64,000 nt of DNA from an uncultured Christensenellaceae bacterium (GCA_944380295.1 CALWHE010000003.1:96057-160056); one strand, 5' to 3'. Shown: positions 16,436 through 26,255, numbered from the stretch's first letter. Translations and numbers: made by a program. The notes: generated from the sequence alone by a model not told the origin.

Positions 16436-17167
16436 ATGAAAAATTATCCTTATAAACTCGAAACGCATATGCACACCGTGCATAACAGCGACTGCGCCAA
16501 GACCGATCCGCGCCGCGCCGCGGAAGTTTACGCCCAAAAGGGATATAACGGCGTCATATGCACCAATCACTTCAACACCCACGACGTGGGCTATCTGCGC
16601 AAAACTTACAACGATGAGCGCGCAAGCGCCGCCGAACTGTTCCTGCGCGATTTTTACGAGCTGAAAGCCGCCGGCGAAAAGCTGGGGCTGGACGTCTTTT
16701 GCGGCGCGGAGATCTCTCCCGACGGCACGACTTACTATAAAGACAAGCCCCCTTACCGCGAATTTCTCATCATCGGCGTCACGCCGGAGGAGCTGAAAGA
16801 GGGCGGAGAGGCGCTTTTGCAAAAAGATCAGCGCGAGCTGTTCGAGTGGTGTGACGAGCGCGGCGCTCTGCTCGTGCAGGCGCACCCTTTCCGCGAGATA
16901 TGCACGCCCGGCGAGCCGCGCTTTCTGCACGGCGCGGAGATATCCAACCTCCACCCGCTGCACAATTCCAAGAATAAAAAAGCCGCAGCTTTCGCCCGCG
17001 CAAATAACCTCATCGCCACCGGCGGCAGCGATTTCCACTTCCCGCTCGGCATCGGCGGCGGCATGCTCCTGCCCCGCGCTCCCAAGGACGACAAAGACCT
17101 CGCAGCCTTGCTCAAAGCGCGCGACTTCAAAGTGATAAAAAGCCGCTTTTGCGGCAGGCTTGTTTAA
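16436..17167 (+). CDS. PHP-domain metal-dependent phosphoesterase
   Basis: MKNYPYKLETHMHTVHNSD (HxH), AHPFRE, GGSDFH. Preceded by the extended -10 TGCTATAAT (16411-16419). Divergent from the AraC gene. Confidence 0.75.
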   Translation: MKNYPYKLETHMHTVHNSDCAKTDPRRAAEVYAQKGYNGVICTNHFNTHDVGYLRKTYNDERASAAELFLRDFYELKAAGEKLGLDVFCGAEISPDGTTYYKDKPPYREFLIIGVTPEELKEGGEALLQKDQRELFEWCDERGALLVQAHPFREICTPGEPRFLHGAEISNLHPLHNSKNKKAAAFARANNLIATGGSDFHFPLGIGGGMLLPRAPKDDKDLAALLKARDFKVIKSRFCGRLV

Positions 17168-17243
17168 CAACAGCCGCCCTAATAAATATATTTTCAAAAC
17201 CGGCGCAACAGCAGAGAGTTGTCGCGCTCATCGAGGGATCGAA

Positions 17244-17678
17244 ATGAAAGAGATGAAGATCGAATTTTACGACGAGCTTCCCGCGCAAGCCGCAAAGATC
17301 CGCACAGCCGTGTTTGTGGAAGAGCAGGGCTTTGAGGAAGAATTCGACGACCTGGATCTTATCGCCCGCCACACCGTGCTCTATCTAGATGGCGCGCCTG
17401 CCGGCACCTGCCGCTATTTTGTCCGCGAAGGAGAGTGGACGTTGGGGCGCTTTGCGCTTTTGCCGCAATTCCGCGGCACGGGCGCCGGCAGAGCCTTGCT
17501 CCGCGCCGCAGAGGGCGACATCCTCTCCCGCGGCGGCTTTAAGGTGAATATCTTTGCCCAATGCCGCGCCCGCGGCTTTTACGAAAAATGCGGCTATCTC
17601 CCCACCGGCAGAACGGGAGGAGAGCAGGGCTGTCCGCACCTTTTTATGGAAAAAATCCTGTCCGGCGGCGCTGAGTAA
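17244..17678 (+). CDS. GNAT-family N-acetyltransferase
   Basis: Acetyl-CoA motif QFRGTGAGRALLRAAE, plus ARGFYEKCGY. 144 aa from ATG 17244. Confidence 0.8.
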   Translation: MKEMKIEFYDELPAQAAKIRTAVFVEEQGFEEEFDDLDLIARHTVLYLDGAPAGTCRYFVREGEWTLGRFALLPQFRGTGAGRALLRAAEGDILSRGGFKVNIFAQCRARGFYEKCGYLPTGRTGGEQGCPHLFMEKILSGGAE

Positions 17679-17728
17679 TACTATCTGCCGCTTTGCCGCA
17701 CACTTATTTTGCGTGTGCGCAAAAAAGC

Positions 17729-17757
17729 TTGCCACTTTTTCCGCGATGTAGTATAAT
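17729..17757 (+). promoter_or_regulatory. Candidate sigma-A promoter at the left edge of the low-GC glycan island
   Basis: TTGCCA (17729-17734), 17-nt spacer, TATAAT (17752-17757). Confidence 0.55.
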
Positions 17758-17791
17758 CAAGAAAAAGACATAAACGCATCAGAGGATGAGA

Positions 17792-19003
17792 ATGAGTTGT
17801 AAAAACATAAGTTTTTCTCCGCCGGACATAGGAGCGGAGGAGATAGAAGAGGTCGTTTCGGCACTTAAATCAGGCTGGATCACCACGGGACCCAAAACAA
17901 AAGAATTCGAAAGGCAGATAGCCGAATATTGCGGCACGCAAAAGGCCGTTTGCTTAAATTCGGCAACCGCCGGATTGGAACTTACATTGCGCATTCTTGG
18001 AATAGGAAAGGGCGATGAAGTCATCACAAGCGCATATACATATACTTCAAGCGCCAGCGTGATAGAACACGTGGGCGCCAAAATAGTTTTCTGCGATGTG
18101 GCGGAAAACAGTTTTGAGATGGATTACGATAAGTTGCCGGGACTTATCACGGAAAAGACAAAAGCCATTATCCCCGTAGATATTGCAGGCAGAATATGCG
18201 ATTACGATAAACTGCGCACGATCATCGAAGAGAATGCTTATAAGTTTCGCGCAGCCAACGCCGTGCAGGAAGGCTTTGGCAGAGTTATCTTGTTGGCGGA
18301 CGCGGCGCATAGTTTCGGCGCGGTGAGGAAGGGCGTTCACAGCGGGAATATCGCCGATTTCACCGTTTTCAGTTTTCATGCCGTAAAGAATCTTACCACG
18401 GCGGAGGGAGGAGCGGTCACATGGCGCGAACATCCGGCGCTCGATAATGAAGAGTTATACAAGCAATATATGCTGTGGTCTTTGCACGGGCAGAGCAAGG
18501 ACGCGCTTGCCAAAACCAAGATAGGGTCGTGGGAATACGACATCAAGTTGTGCGGACAAAAATGCAATATGACAGATATTGCCGCGGCGCTCGGCATCGC
18601 GCAGTTGCGCCGCTATTCCGCGTTGCTTGCAAGGCGCAGAGAGATGATCGAAAAATATGACGAGGCGATCAAAGGCAAAGTTGCAGATACATTGACTCAT
18701 TTCGGTGACGATTTTGCATCTTCCGGGCATCTGTATCTGACGCGCATATACGGAGCGGGCGCGCAGCAGCGCAACGAAATCATAAAGAAAATGGCGGAAG
18801 CAGGCGTGGCTGCAAACGTGCACTATAAACCGCTACCCATGCATACGGCATATATCGATCTCGGATTTGATATAAAAAATTACCCCAATGCATATAAGCA
18901 ATATTGCAACGAAATAACATTGCCGCTGCATACATTGCTGAGCAACGACGATGTCGAATATGTCATCGACGCTTATTTGACCGCGGTAAAGGAAACATTG
19001 TGA
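17792..19003 (+). CDS. DegT/DnrJ/EryC1-family PLP sugar aminotransferase (EpsN/PglE-like)
   Basis: SATAGLELTLRILGIGKGDEVIT and the PLP-lysine motif FSFHAVKNLTTAEGG. ATG 17792 has RBS AGAGGA; the alternative ATG 17786 does not. Confidence 0.85.
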   Translation: MSCKNISFSPPDIGAEEIEEVVSALKSGWITTGPKTKEFERQIAEYCGTQKAVCLNSATAGLELTLRILGIGKGDEVITSAYTYTSSASVIEHVGAKIVFCDVAENSFEMDYDKLPGLITEKTKAIIPVDIAGRICDYDKLRTIIEENAYKFRAANAVQEGFGRVILLADAAHSFGAVRKGVHSGNIADFTVFSFHAVKNLTTAEGGAVTWREHPALDNEELYKQYMLWSLHGQSKDALAKTKIGSWEYDIKLCGQKCNMTDIAAALGIAQLRRYSALLARRREMIEKYDEAIKGKVADTLTHFGDDFASSGHLYLTRIYGAGAQQRNEIIKKMAEAGVAANVHYKPLPMHTAYIDLGFDIKNYPNAYKQYCNEITLPLHTLLSNDDVEYVIDAYLTAVKETL

Positions 19004-19737
19004 TGGAAGAGAAAGTGAGCGAAGAAGTCGTTCCGGCAGAAAACGCCGCGCTCGACGGCAAGCCGGAAGTGCAAAACGAAGACGCGCCCGCCTCACAAGC
19101 GGAAATCGATTTTGATGCGCTGATTAAAAAAAAGCGAGCCGCATTGTTTTTCAAACGCTGCTTTGACATATTCGCGTCGCTTTTCGGGCTTTTGTTTTTG
19201 GCGTTGCCTTTTCTTATCATCGCCGTCGCCATCAAAGCGTCGTCAAAAGGTCCAGTCTATTTTCGCCAGGAACGTGTGGGTAAAAACGGTAAGCATTTTC
19301 GTATTTTCAAATTTCGCACCATGATAGCGGATGCGGAAAGCAAGGGAATGCAAATTACGGTCGGCGCAGATCCCAGAATAACAAAAATCGGCAAGTTTTT
19401 GCGGAAAACAAAAATGGACGAGTTGCCGCAGCTTATAAATGTGCTTATCGGACAGATGAGCTTTGTCGGTCCGCGTCCCGAAGTGCCGCACTATGTGGAG
19501 CTTTATTCGGAGTATCAGCGCAACGTGTTGCGCATAAAGCCCGGGATAACCGAACTTGCCTCCATAATCTATAAAGACGAAAACGAGGTGCTGGCGCAAA
19601 GCGACGATCCGGAAAAAACTTACATAGAAGAGATAATGCCGAAAAAAATCGAGATAAATATGCAGTATATCGAAAAAATGAATGTGTTTTACGATATAAA
19701 ACTCATATTCAAAACTTTTGCGGCGGTGCTGAGGTGA
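19003..19737 (+). CDS. Small polyprenyl-phosphate sugar phosphotransferase (PglC/EpsL/WbaP-C type initiating transferase)
   Basis: One TM (LFGLLFLALPFLIIAVAI), then RVGKNGKHFRIFKFRTM and DELPQLINVLIGQMSFVGPRP (bacterial sugar transferase family). Its start overlaps the upstream stop. Confidence 0.85.
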   Translation: MEEKVSEEVVPAENAALDGKPEVQNEDAPASQAEIDFDALIKKKRAALFFKRCFDIFASLFGLLFLALPFLIIAVAIKASSKGPVYFRQERVGKNGKHFRIFKFRTMIADAESKGMQITVGADPRITKIGKFLRKTKMDELPQLINVLIGQMSFVGPRPEVPHYVELYSEYQRNVLRIKPGITELASIIYKDENEVLAQSDDPEKTYIEEIMPKKIEINMQYIEKMNVFYDIKLIFKTFAAVLR

Positions 19738-19740
19738 GTT

Positions 19741-21015
19741 ATGAAACAAAATAAAGTGAAAACGGTTTGGATAATAAATCATTATGCTCAAACACCCGAA
19801 CAAGGCGGTTTGAGCAGACATTATTTTTTTGCGAAAGAATTGATCGCCCGCGGATATTATGTGAGGATATTTACTTCGAGCGTTATCCACAATTCCGAGA
19901 TAAATATGATAGACGGAAGCGAAAAAATATTATTCAAAGACGTCGATCAAAACGGAGTGCCGTATACATATATAAAATCATCGGCATATAAGGGAAACGG
20001 GTTGGCGAGAATTAAAAATATGCTCGGATTTGCTTTTGATATAAAAAAGATTTGGAAGACATATAAGCAGGAAAAGCCCGATGTCATATATGCTTCCACA
20101 CCCGATCTTTTAACGGCATGGCAAGCTCAAAATTTCGCAAAAAAGCACAAGATCCCGTGCGTTGTGGAAGTGAGAGATCTTTGGCCGCTTTCCATTGTGG
20201 AGTATAATAACATTTCTCCTAAAAATCCGGTAATCATTGCGCTTTATATGCTTGAAAAAAGGATATACAAGCGCGCAGACGCACTTGTTTTTACAATGCC
20301 GGGAGGCAAAGATTACATAATCGATAAAAAGTGGGAGAAGAAAGTCGATCTTGAAAAGATATTTAACATCAATAACGGCATCGATGTAGAGGAACAGGAA
20401 CGACAGGTCAAAGAGAATGCGTTCTCCGATCCCGATCTTGATGACGACAGTTTTAAGGTAATTTATTGCGGGTCGATACGACCTGCCAACAACGTCAAGT
20501 TGATTGTGGACGCCGCAAAAGTGGTAGAGGACAAACATAGCGATATCAAATTTTTAATTTATGGTGGTGGCACTTATGCTGAGGCATTGAAAAATGAAGT
20601 TAAAGAGAAAGGGAATAGCAATGTAGTGTTCAAAGGATACGTCGATAAAAAATATATACCGTATATTGTTTCCAAGGCGTCATTGAATGTTTTAACGTAT
20701 AAAAACGCAAAAACGTGGAAATACGGTGGCAGTCAAAACAAAGTTTTCGACTATATGAACGCGGGCAAACCTATATTGACTAACATCAAGATGGGCAGAT
20801 CGGTGCTGGCAGAATGCGGTTGCGGAATCGAAGTAGATACAGACAACGCTGAAAAATTTGCCAACGCTATAATTGAAGCGTATGATCTTCCGCAGGAGAC
20901 CAGACTGGATATGGGGGCGAGAGGTAAAGAAAAAGCGAAGGAATTCGATTTCAAGGTCTTGACGGACAAATTTGAGCAAGTAATAAATTTTGCTATTAAG
21001 AAGAAGGAGAAGTGA
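19741..21015 (+). CDS. Glycosyltransferase family 4 (WbuB-like)
   Basis: 424 aa. N-terminus WIINHYAQTPEQGGLSRHYFFAKELIARGY and C-terminus GGSQNKVFDYMNAGKPIL, typical of WbuB-type GT4. Confidence 0.8.
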   Translation: MKQNKVKTVWIINHYAQTPEQGGLSRHYFFAKELIARGYYVRIFTSSVIHNSEINMIDGSEKILFKDVDQNGVPYTYIKSSAYKGNGLARIKNMLGFAFDIKKIWKTYKQEKPDVIYASTPDLLTAWQAQNFAKKHKIPCVVEVRDLWPLSIVEYNNISPKNPVIIALYMLEKRIYKRADALVFTMPGGKDYIIDKKWEKKVDLEKIFNINNGIDVEEQERQVKENAFSDPDLDDDSFKVIYCGSIRPANNVKLIVDAAKVVEDKHSDIKFLIYGGGTYAEALKNEVKEKGNSNVVFKGYVDKKYIPYIVSKASLNVLTYKNAKTWKYGGSQNKVFDYMNAGKPILTNIKMGRSVLAECGCGIEVDTDNAEKFANAIIEAYDLPQETRLDMGARGKEKAKEFDFKVLTDKFEQVINFAIKKKEK

Positions 21016-21016
21016 T

Positions 21017-22147
21017 ATGCAGTTTATCGATTTAAAGAAGCAATATCAGGTATTGAAAGCGGATATGGACGCGGCTATTGCACAGGCGGTGGAAGGCGCG
21101 CATTATATCGGCGGTCCCGAGGTCAAGGAGTTGGAAACTAAACTTGCCGAATATTGTGGCACAAAATTTTGTTTGACTTGCGCAAATGGCACGGACGCAC
21201 TTACTCTTGCCATGAGATGTCTCGGGGTGACGCGAGGAGACGCGGTATTCGTTCCCACATTTACTTTTTTCTCAACTGCCGAGGTCGTTGCGCTTGAAGG
21301 GGCAACATGCGTATTTATCGATGTGGATGAGAGAACGTTTAACATGGATCCGCAAAAACTCGAACAAGCCATTAAAGCGGTCAAAAAGGAAGGCAGGCTC
21401 AATCTCAAATGCGTTATCGCGGTGGATCTGTTTGGACAAGTTGCCGACTTCCCGAAAATCAGAGAGATAGCGGATAAATATGGTATGAAGGTGGTCGAAG
21501 ACGGTGCGCAGGGATTTGGAGGCAGTATAAACGGTAAAAAAGCATGCTCATTCGGGGATATATCCACCACATCGTTTTTCCCTGCCAAACCGCTCGGCTG
21601 CTATGGTGACGGCGGTGCTGTGTTCACGGATAACAAAGAATATTTCAAAGTAATGAGTTCGCTTGCTGTGCACGGCAAGGGGGATTACAAATACGATAAT
21701 GTAAGGATCGGCTATAACTCTCGCCTTGACACCGTTCAGGCGGCTGTATTGTCCGTAAAATTGGAAGCTTTTGCAAAATATGAACTTGCAGACAGAAATA
21801 AAGTTGCGGCAAGGTATACATCGGCATTATCTGATCTATTCAAGACGCCTGTGGTTCCCGAAGGATACGAAAGCAGCTGGGCGCAATATACATTAATAAC
21901 AAAAAGCGAAAAAGAGAGAAATGCTTTGCAAGTTGCGTTAAAGGAAAGGAACATACCCACGATGGTGTATTATCCCATTCCCATGCATTTACAGACGGCG
22001 TTTAAGGGATGTAAAAACGATTATTGTGATTTGTCTGTGGCAGAAAATCTTTGCAAGACGGTTTTGAGTATACCTATGCATCCATATCTCGATCAAGAGT
22101 CGCAGGATATGGTGGTCGCTGCTTTGAGGGAATGCGCCACCGCTTGA
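21017..22147 (+). CDS. DegT-family aminotransferase (WbpE-like, UDP-2-acetamido-2-deoxy-3-oxo-glucuronate aminotransferase)
   Basis: MQFIDLKKQY..., CANGTDALTLAMRCLGV, and the PLP-lysine motif TSFFPAKPLGCYGDGGAV. Lies in a block with WbpD/A/I/B-like genes. Confidence 0.8.
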   Translation: MQFIDLKKQYQVLKADMDAAIAQAVEGAHYIGGPEVKELETKLAEYCGTKFCLTCANGTDALTLAMRCLGVTRGDAVFVPTFTFFSTAEVVALEGATCVFIDVDERTFNMDPQKLEQAIKAVKKEGRLNLKCVIAVDLFGQVADFPKIREIADKYGMKVVEDGAQGFGGSINGKKACSFGDISTTSFFPAKPLGCYGDGGAVFTDNKEYFKVMSSLAVHGKGDYKYDNVRIGYNSRLDTVQAAVLSVKLEAFAKYELADRNKVAARYTSALSDLFKTPVVPEGYESSWAQYTLITKSEKERNALQVALKERNIPTMVYYPIPMHLQTAFKGCKNDYCDLSVAENLCKTVLSIPMHPYLDQESQDMVVAALRECATA

Positions 22148-22178
22148 CATGCGCGCGCGGATACAGTAAAATAAAATT

Positions 22179-22751
22179 ATGGAAAAAAAGTATTTCGTTC
22201 ATGAGTCGAGCTATGTTGATGAGCCTTGCGAAATAGGAGCGGGCACAAAGATATGGCATTTTTCGCACATTATGAGCGGTTGCAAGATAGGAGATAATTG
22301 CAATATCGGTCAGAACGTCGTTATCTCCCCCGGCGTTGTCCTCGGCAATAACGTGAAGATACAAAACAACGTGTCCGTGTATACCGGAGTAAAGTGCGAA
22401 GACGACGTGTTTTTGGGTCCCAGCTGCGTGTTTACCAACGTGATAAATCCCCGTAGCCACGTGAGCAGGAAAAGCGAATATCGTGAAACAGTGTTGGAGC
22501 GCGGTTGCAGTATCGGAGCGAACAGCACAATAGTTTGTGGTCACAGGCTCGGCAAGTATTCATTGATAGGCGCGGGCAGCGTTGTAACAAAAGATGTGCC
22601 CGCATATGCGCTTGTGAAAGGCAATCCGGCAAGGGTGAGCGGATATGTATGCAATTGCGGTGAGAAATTGCATTTTGCCGGAGATGTTGCAGAGTGCGCA
22701 AGTTGTAAAAGAAAATACATAAAAGATGAAAATGGAGTAAGGGAGGTATAA
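22179..22751 (+). CDS. Left-handed beta-helix N-acetyltransferase (WbpD/WlbB-like)
   Basis: 190 aa of hexapeptide repeats (IGDNCNIGQNVVISPGVVLGNNVKIQNNVSV...), plus KGNPARVSGYVC. Confidence 0.8.
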   Translation: MEKKYFVHESSYVDEPCEIGAGTKIWHFSHIMSGCKIGDNCNIGQNVVISPGVVLGNNVKIQNNVSVYTGVKCEDDVFLGPSCVFTNVINPRSHVSRKSEYRETVLERGCSIGANSTIVCGHRLGKYSLIGAGSVVTKDVPAYALVKGNPARVSGYVCNCGEKLHFAGDVAECASCKRKYIKDENGVREV

Positions 22752-22756
22752 TTTTT

Positions 22757-24079
22757 ATGACCATGAAAGAAGAGCTGTTGCGTAAAATAGCCGATAAATC
22801 TATCGTTGCCGGCGTAGTCGGACTTGGGTATGTGGGGCTGCCGCTTGCTGTGGAAAAAGCAAAGGCTGGCTTTAAGACCATAGGGTTTGATGTGCAGGAA
22901 GCAAAGGTCAAAATGGTCAACGAGGGACATAATTATATCGGCGATGTGGTGGATTCCGAATTGAAAGACTTGGTGGCGAAAGGTATGCTGAGCGCTACAA
23001 GCGAATTTTCTTTTATCAAAGATGTGGATTTTATCGCCATATGTGTTCCAACGCCTCTTGATACCCATCAACAGCCCGATATCAGCTATGTGCGTGATAG
23101 TGCTATTGCAATTTCCAAATATTTGACAAAGGGAACGATGGTCGTTCTCGAATCCACCACATATCCCGGCACGACGGAAGAGCTGATCAAGCCGATTCTT
23201 GAAAGCGGCAGTGGCTTAAAATGCGGTGAAGATTTCTATTTGGGATTCAGTCCGGAGAGAGTAGATCCGGGGAATTTGATATACAAGACCAAAAATACGC
23301 CAAAAGTCGTAGGAGCAATAGGTGAGGATGCCCGTCAGGTCATTGCCACCATGTATAGGGCGGTTTTGCAAAGCGATATTCACGAAGTGTCATCTCCCGC
23401 CGTGGCGGAAATGGAAAAGATATTGGAAAACACATACCGCAATATAAATATCGGTTTGGTCAACGAGCTTGCCCAGCTCTGCCATAAAATGGGTATCAGC
23501 ATTTGGGAAGTCATTGACGCGGCAAAGACTAAGCCTTATGGCTTCCAAGCGTTTTATCCCGGTCCCGGACTCGGCGGACATTGCATACCGCTCGACCCAT
23601 ATTATCTGTCTTGGAAGGCGCGTGAATACGGCTTCCACACTTCTATGATAGAAGCTTCCATGATGATCAATGACAAGATGCCGGAATATACCATTGAGAG
23701 AGCGTCCGATATCCTTAATAGGCATAAAAAGTCTTTGAATGGCGCGAAGGTGCTTCAGCTCGGAGTTGCCTATAAACAGGATATAGACGATTATCGTGAA
23801 AGCCCTGCTTTGGTCGTAAGAGAGCTGCTTAATGCCGAAGGGTGCGAAGTTGATTATTTCGATCCTTATGTAAGGCAATATAGGTATAAGGGACATGAAT
23901 ACAGTAGTATCGACAGTATCTCGCCCGAAATCGTCAAGAAATACGATTTGGTGATCGTGACTGCCGGGCACACCAAGAACGTCGACTATCAAATGGTCGC
24001 GGACAATGCTAAGGCGGTCTTCGACACGAAGAATGTTATGAAAGCGATCAAGAACAGAGAAAATATCGAGGTTTTATGA
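22757..24079 (+). CDS. UDP-N-acetyl-hexosamine 6-dehydrogenase (WbpA/WecC-type nucleotide-sugar dehydrogenase)
   Basis: Rossmann motif GVVGLGYVGLPLA. Catalytic Cys motif GGHCIPLDP. 440 aa. Confidence 0.85.
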   Translation: MTMKEELLRKIADKSIVAGVVGLGYVGLPLAVEKAKAGFKTIGFDVQEAKVKMVNEGHNYIGDVVDSELKDLVAKGMLSATSEFSFIKDVDFIAICVPTPLDTHQQPDISYVRDSAIAISKYLTKGTMVVLESTTYPGTTEELIKPILESGSGLKCGEDFYLGFSPERVDPGNLIYKTKNTPKVVGAIGEDARQVIATMYRAVLQSDIHEVSSPAVAEMEKILENTYRNINIGLVNELAQLCHKMGISIWEVIDAAKTKPYGFQAFYPGPGLGGHCIPLDPYYLSWKAREYGFHTSMIEASMMINDKMPEYTIERASDILNRHKKSLNGAKVLQLGVAYKQDIDDYRESPALVVRELLNAEGCEVDYFDPYVRQYRYKGHEYSSIDSISPEIVKKYDLVIVTAGHTKNVDYQMVADNAKAVFDTKNVMKAIKNRENIEVL

Positions 24080-25173
24080 AAAAGATAGTTACCGTAGTCG
24101 GAGCGCGACCTCAATTTGTAAAAGCAGCGGCGGTTTCACGCGTGCTGCGTCGAGAGTTCGAAGAGGTGCTCGTTCATACCGGGCAACATTACGATCAAAA
24201 CATGTCGGACATATTCTTTGAGGAATTGTCCATCCCAAAGCCCGACTATAATTTGGGCGTCGGTTCGGGATCTCATGCGCATCAAACGGCGGAAATGCTT
24301 ATGCGTATAGAAGATGTTTTGATCAAAGAAAAGCCAGACGCATTAATTGTCTATGGTGACACAAATTCTACGTTGGCGGGAGCCTTAGCAGCGATAAAGA
24401 TCCACATTCCGGTGATCCATATCGAGGCGGGATTGCGTTCCGGCAATATGAATATGCCCGAAGAAGTCAACCGCATTTTGACAGACAGAATATCCGATGT
24501 ATTGTTTTGTCCGACGAACGATGCGGTCATGAATTTAAAGGCAGAGGGCATTGAAAAAAATGTCTACAATGTCGGCGACGTCATGTGTGATGCAGTGCTG
24601 TACTACGGTGCACAGATGGATAAACATGATTCCGAATATTATAAGAACAGGCTGGTTTCGTTGAAATTTAATAGAGCGCAGATAGGAGACGAATGGTATT
24701 TAGCGACGATACACAGAGCGGAGAATACGGACGATATCGGTAAGATCGAACAGATCCTCGCAGCGTTCGAGATGCTCGATCGACGGGTGATTTTTCCCGT
24801 TCATCCACGCACGAAGAAGTTGGTCGAAAGTGCGGTCGACAAGCACGGATATCAAAATATTTTCTTCTGCGAGCCGATGGGTTACATCGATATGCTGTAC
24901 TTTTTGAAGCATGCCGTCAAAGCGGTTACCGACAGCGGTGGGTTGCAAAAAGAGGCTTATATTCTCGACACGCCTTGCGTTACCGTGAGAGAGCAGACCG
25001 AGTGGGTCGAAACGCTCGGAGGCAATTGCAATATCTTGGCTCATCCGGAAAAAGAGGATATATACAGAAAAGTTGCAGAAACGAGGATCGACGAGTCTGC
25101 CAAGAGACCGTATTACGGAAAAGGAGACGCGGCGGAGAAAATTTTAAAGATTTTGGGAGGGCTAATAAAATGA
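24076..25173 (+). CDS. wecB: Non-hydrolysing UDP-N-acetylglucosamine(uronate) 2-epimerase (WecB/WbpI-like)
   Basis: VVGARPQFVKAAAV, HTGQHYD, IHIEAGLRS, HRAEN. ATGA overlap with the upstream gene. Confidence 0.85.
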   Translation: MKKIVTVVGARPQFVKAAAVSRVLRREFEEVLVHTGQHYDQNMSDIFFEELSIPKPDYNLGVGSGSHAHQTAEMLMRIEDVLIKEKPDALIVYGDTNSTLAGALAAIKIHIPVIHIEAGLRSGNMNMPEEVNRILTDRISDVLFCPTNDAVMNLKAEGIEKNVYNVGDVMCDAVLYYGAQMDKHDSEYYKNRLVSLKFNRAQIGDEWYLATIHRAENTDDIGKIEQILAAFEMLDRRVIFPVHPRTKKLVESAVDKHGYQNIFFCEPMGYIDMLYFLKHAVKAVTDSGGLQKEAYILDTPCVTVREQTEWVETLGGNCNILAHPEKEDIYRKVAETRIDESAKRPYYGKGDAAEKILKILGGLIK

Positions 25174-26255
25174 AATACGCGTTGATAGGTTGCGGAAGGA
25201 TATCCACAAATCATATAAAGGCGGCTGTTGCGAATAAGCTTGAAATAGTTGCGGTATGTGATGTGTTGCCCGAGCGCATGCAGGAAGTTTTGACAAAGCA
25301 CGGGCTTGAAAACGATACGTCGATCGCTCGCTATACCGATTATAAGAAGATGATCGCCGAGCATTCGGAGATACAATTGATTAGCATAGCGACCGAGAGC
25401 GGCTTGCATGCGGAAATTGCGTTATATTGTATAGATAACGGCATAAACGTAATTATAGAAAAACCTATGGCGATGAGCCTTGCTGACGCAGATGAAATCA
25501 TCAAAAGAAGCGAAGAAAAGCATGTCAAGGTTTCCGCTTGCCATCAAAACCGTTTCAATATCGCCGTTCAGCAAATGAGAAAGGCGCTCGAGTCCGGCAG
25601 ATTCGGCAAGCTGTCGCATGGTTCCATTCATGTCAGATGGAACAGGAATAAAGACTATTACGATCAAGCTAAGTGGCGCGGAACTTGGGCACAGGATGGC
25701 GGCGCCTTGATGAATCAATGTATTCACGGTATCGATTTGCTGCGATGGATGATGGGGAACGATATCGATGAAGTTTACGGCGTTACCAAGCAGCAGTTCC
25801 ATAAATATCTCGAATGCGAAGATATAGGCATGGCTGTCGTGCGCTTCAAAAACGGAGCGGTCGGTACGATCGAAGGGACGACGAATGTCTATCCCAAAAA
25901 TTTGGAAGAAACGCTTTATCTTTTCGGCGAGAACGGGACTGTCAAGTTGGGCGGAAAATCCACGAATGCGATCGATGTCTGGGATTTTGCCGATGAGAGC
26001 GAAAAAGATAGCGAAAATAAGGGCTTATTCGAGCAAACTTCGAATGTTTACGGTAACGGACATACAAGCCTCTTTGCCGATGTGATAGATGCGATCGAAA
26101 ACGATCGTGCGCCGTATGTCGACGCGCATGCGGGAAAGAACGCGCTCGAACTTGTGCTCGCTGTCTATAAATCGTCTTTTTCGGGCAACCCTGTCAAGCT
26201 GCCGATGAAAGATTGCGCTTGCACTGATTTTACAGGAGGGTTTGATTGCGAGTGA
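25170..26255 (+). CDS. Gfo/Idh/MocA-family oxidoreductase (WbpB-like UDP-GlcNAcA 3-dehydrogenase)
   Basis: MKYALIGCGRISTNHIKA Rossmann motif and the EKPMAMSLADADEII motif. ATG 25170 overlaps the epimerase stop. The track ORF 24975 is an over-extension. Confidence 0.75.
   Translation: MKYALIGCGRISTNHIKAAVANKLEIVAVCDVLPERMQEVLTKHGLENDTSIARYTDYKKMIAEHSEIQLISIATESGLHAEIALYCIDNGINVIIEKPMAMSLADADEIIKRSEEKHVKVSACHQNRFNIAVQQMRKALESGRFGKLSHGSIHVRWNRNKDYYDQAKWRGTWAQDGGALMNQCIHGIDLLRWMMGNDIDEVYGVTKQQFHKYLECEDIGMAVVRFKNGAVGTIEGTTNVYPKNLEETLYLFGENGTVKLGGKSTNAIDVWDFADESEKDSENKGLFEQTSNVYGNGHTSLFADVIDAIENDRAPYVDAHAGKNALELVLAVYKSSFSGNPVKLPMKDCACTDFTGGFDCE

Noticed and set aside
15425-17197. Giant ORFs 15425..17167 (+, 580 aa) and 15557..17197 (-, 546 aa)
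   Set aside because: Each fuses a real gene (the PHP gene on plus, the AraC gene on minus) to the antisense shadow of the other. Internal ATGs with RBSs (16436 on plus, 16300 on minus) give normal-length proteins and a sensible divergent arrangement.
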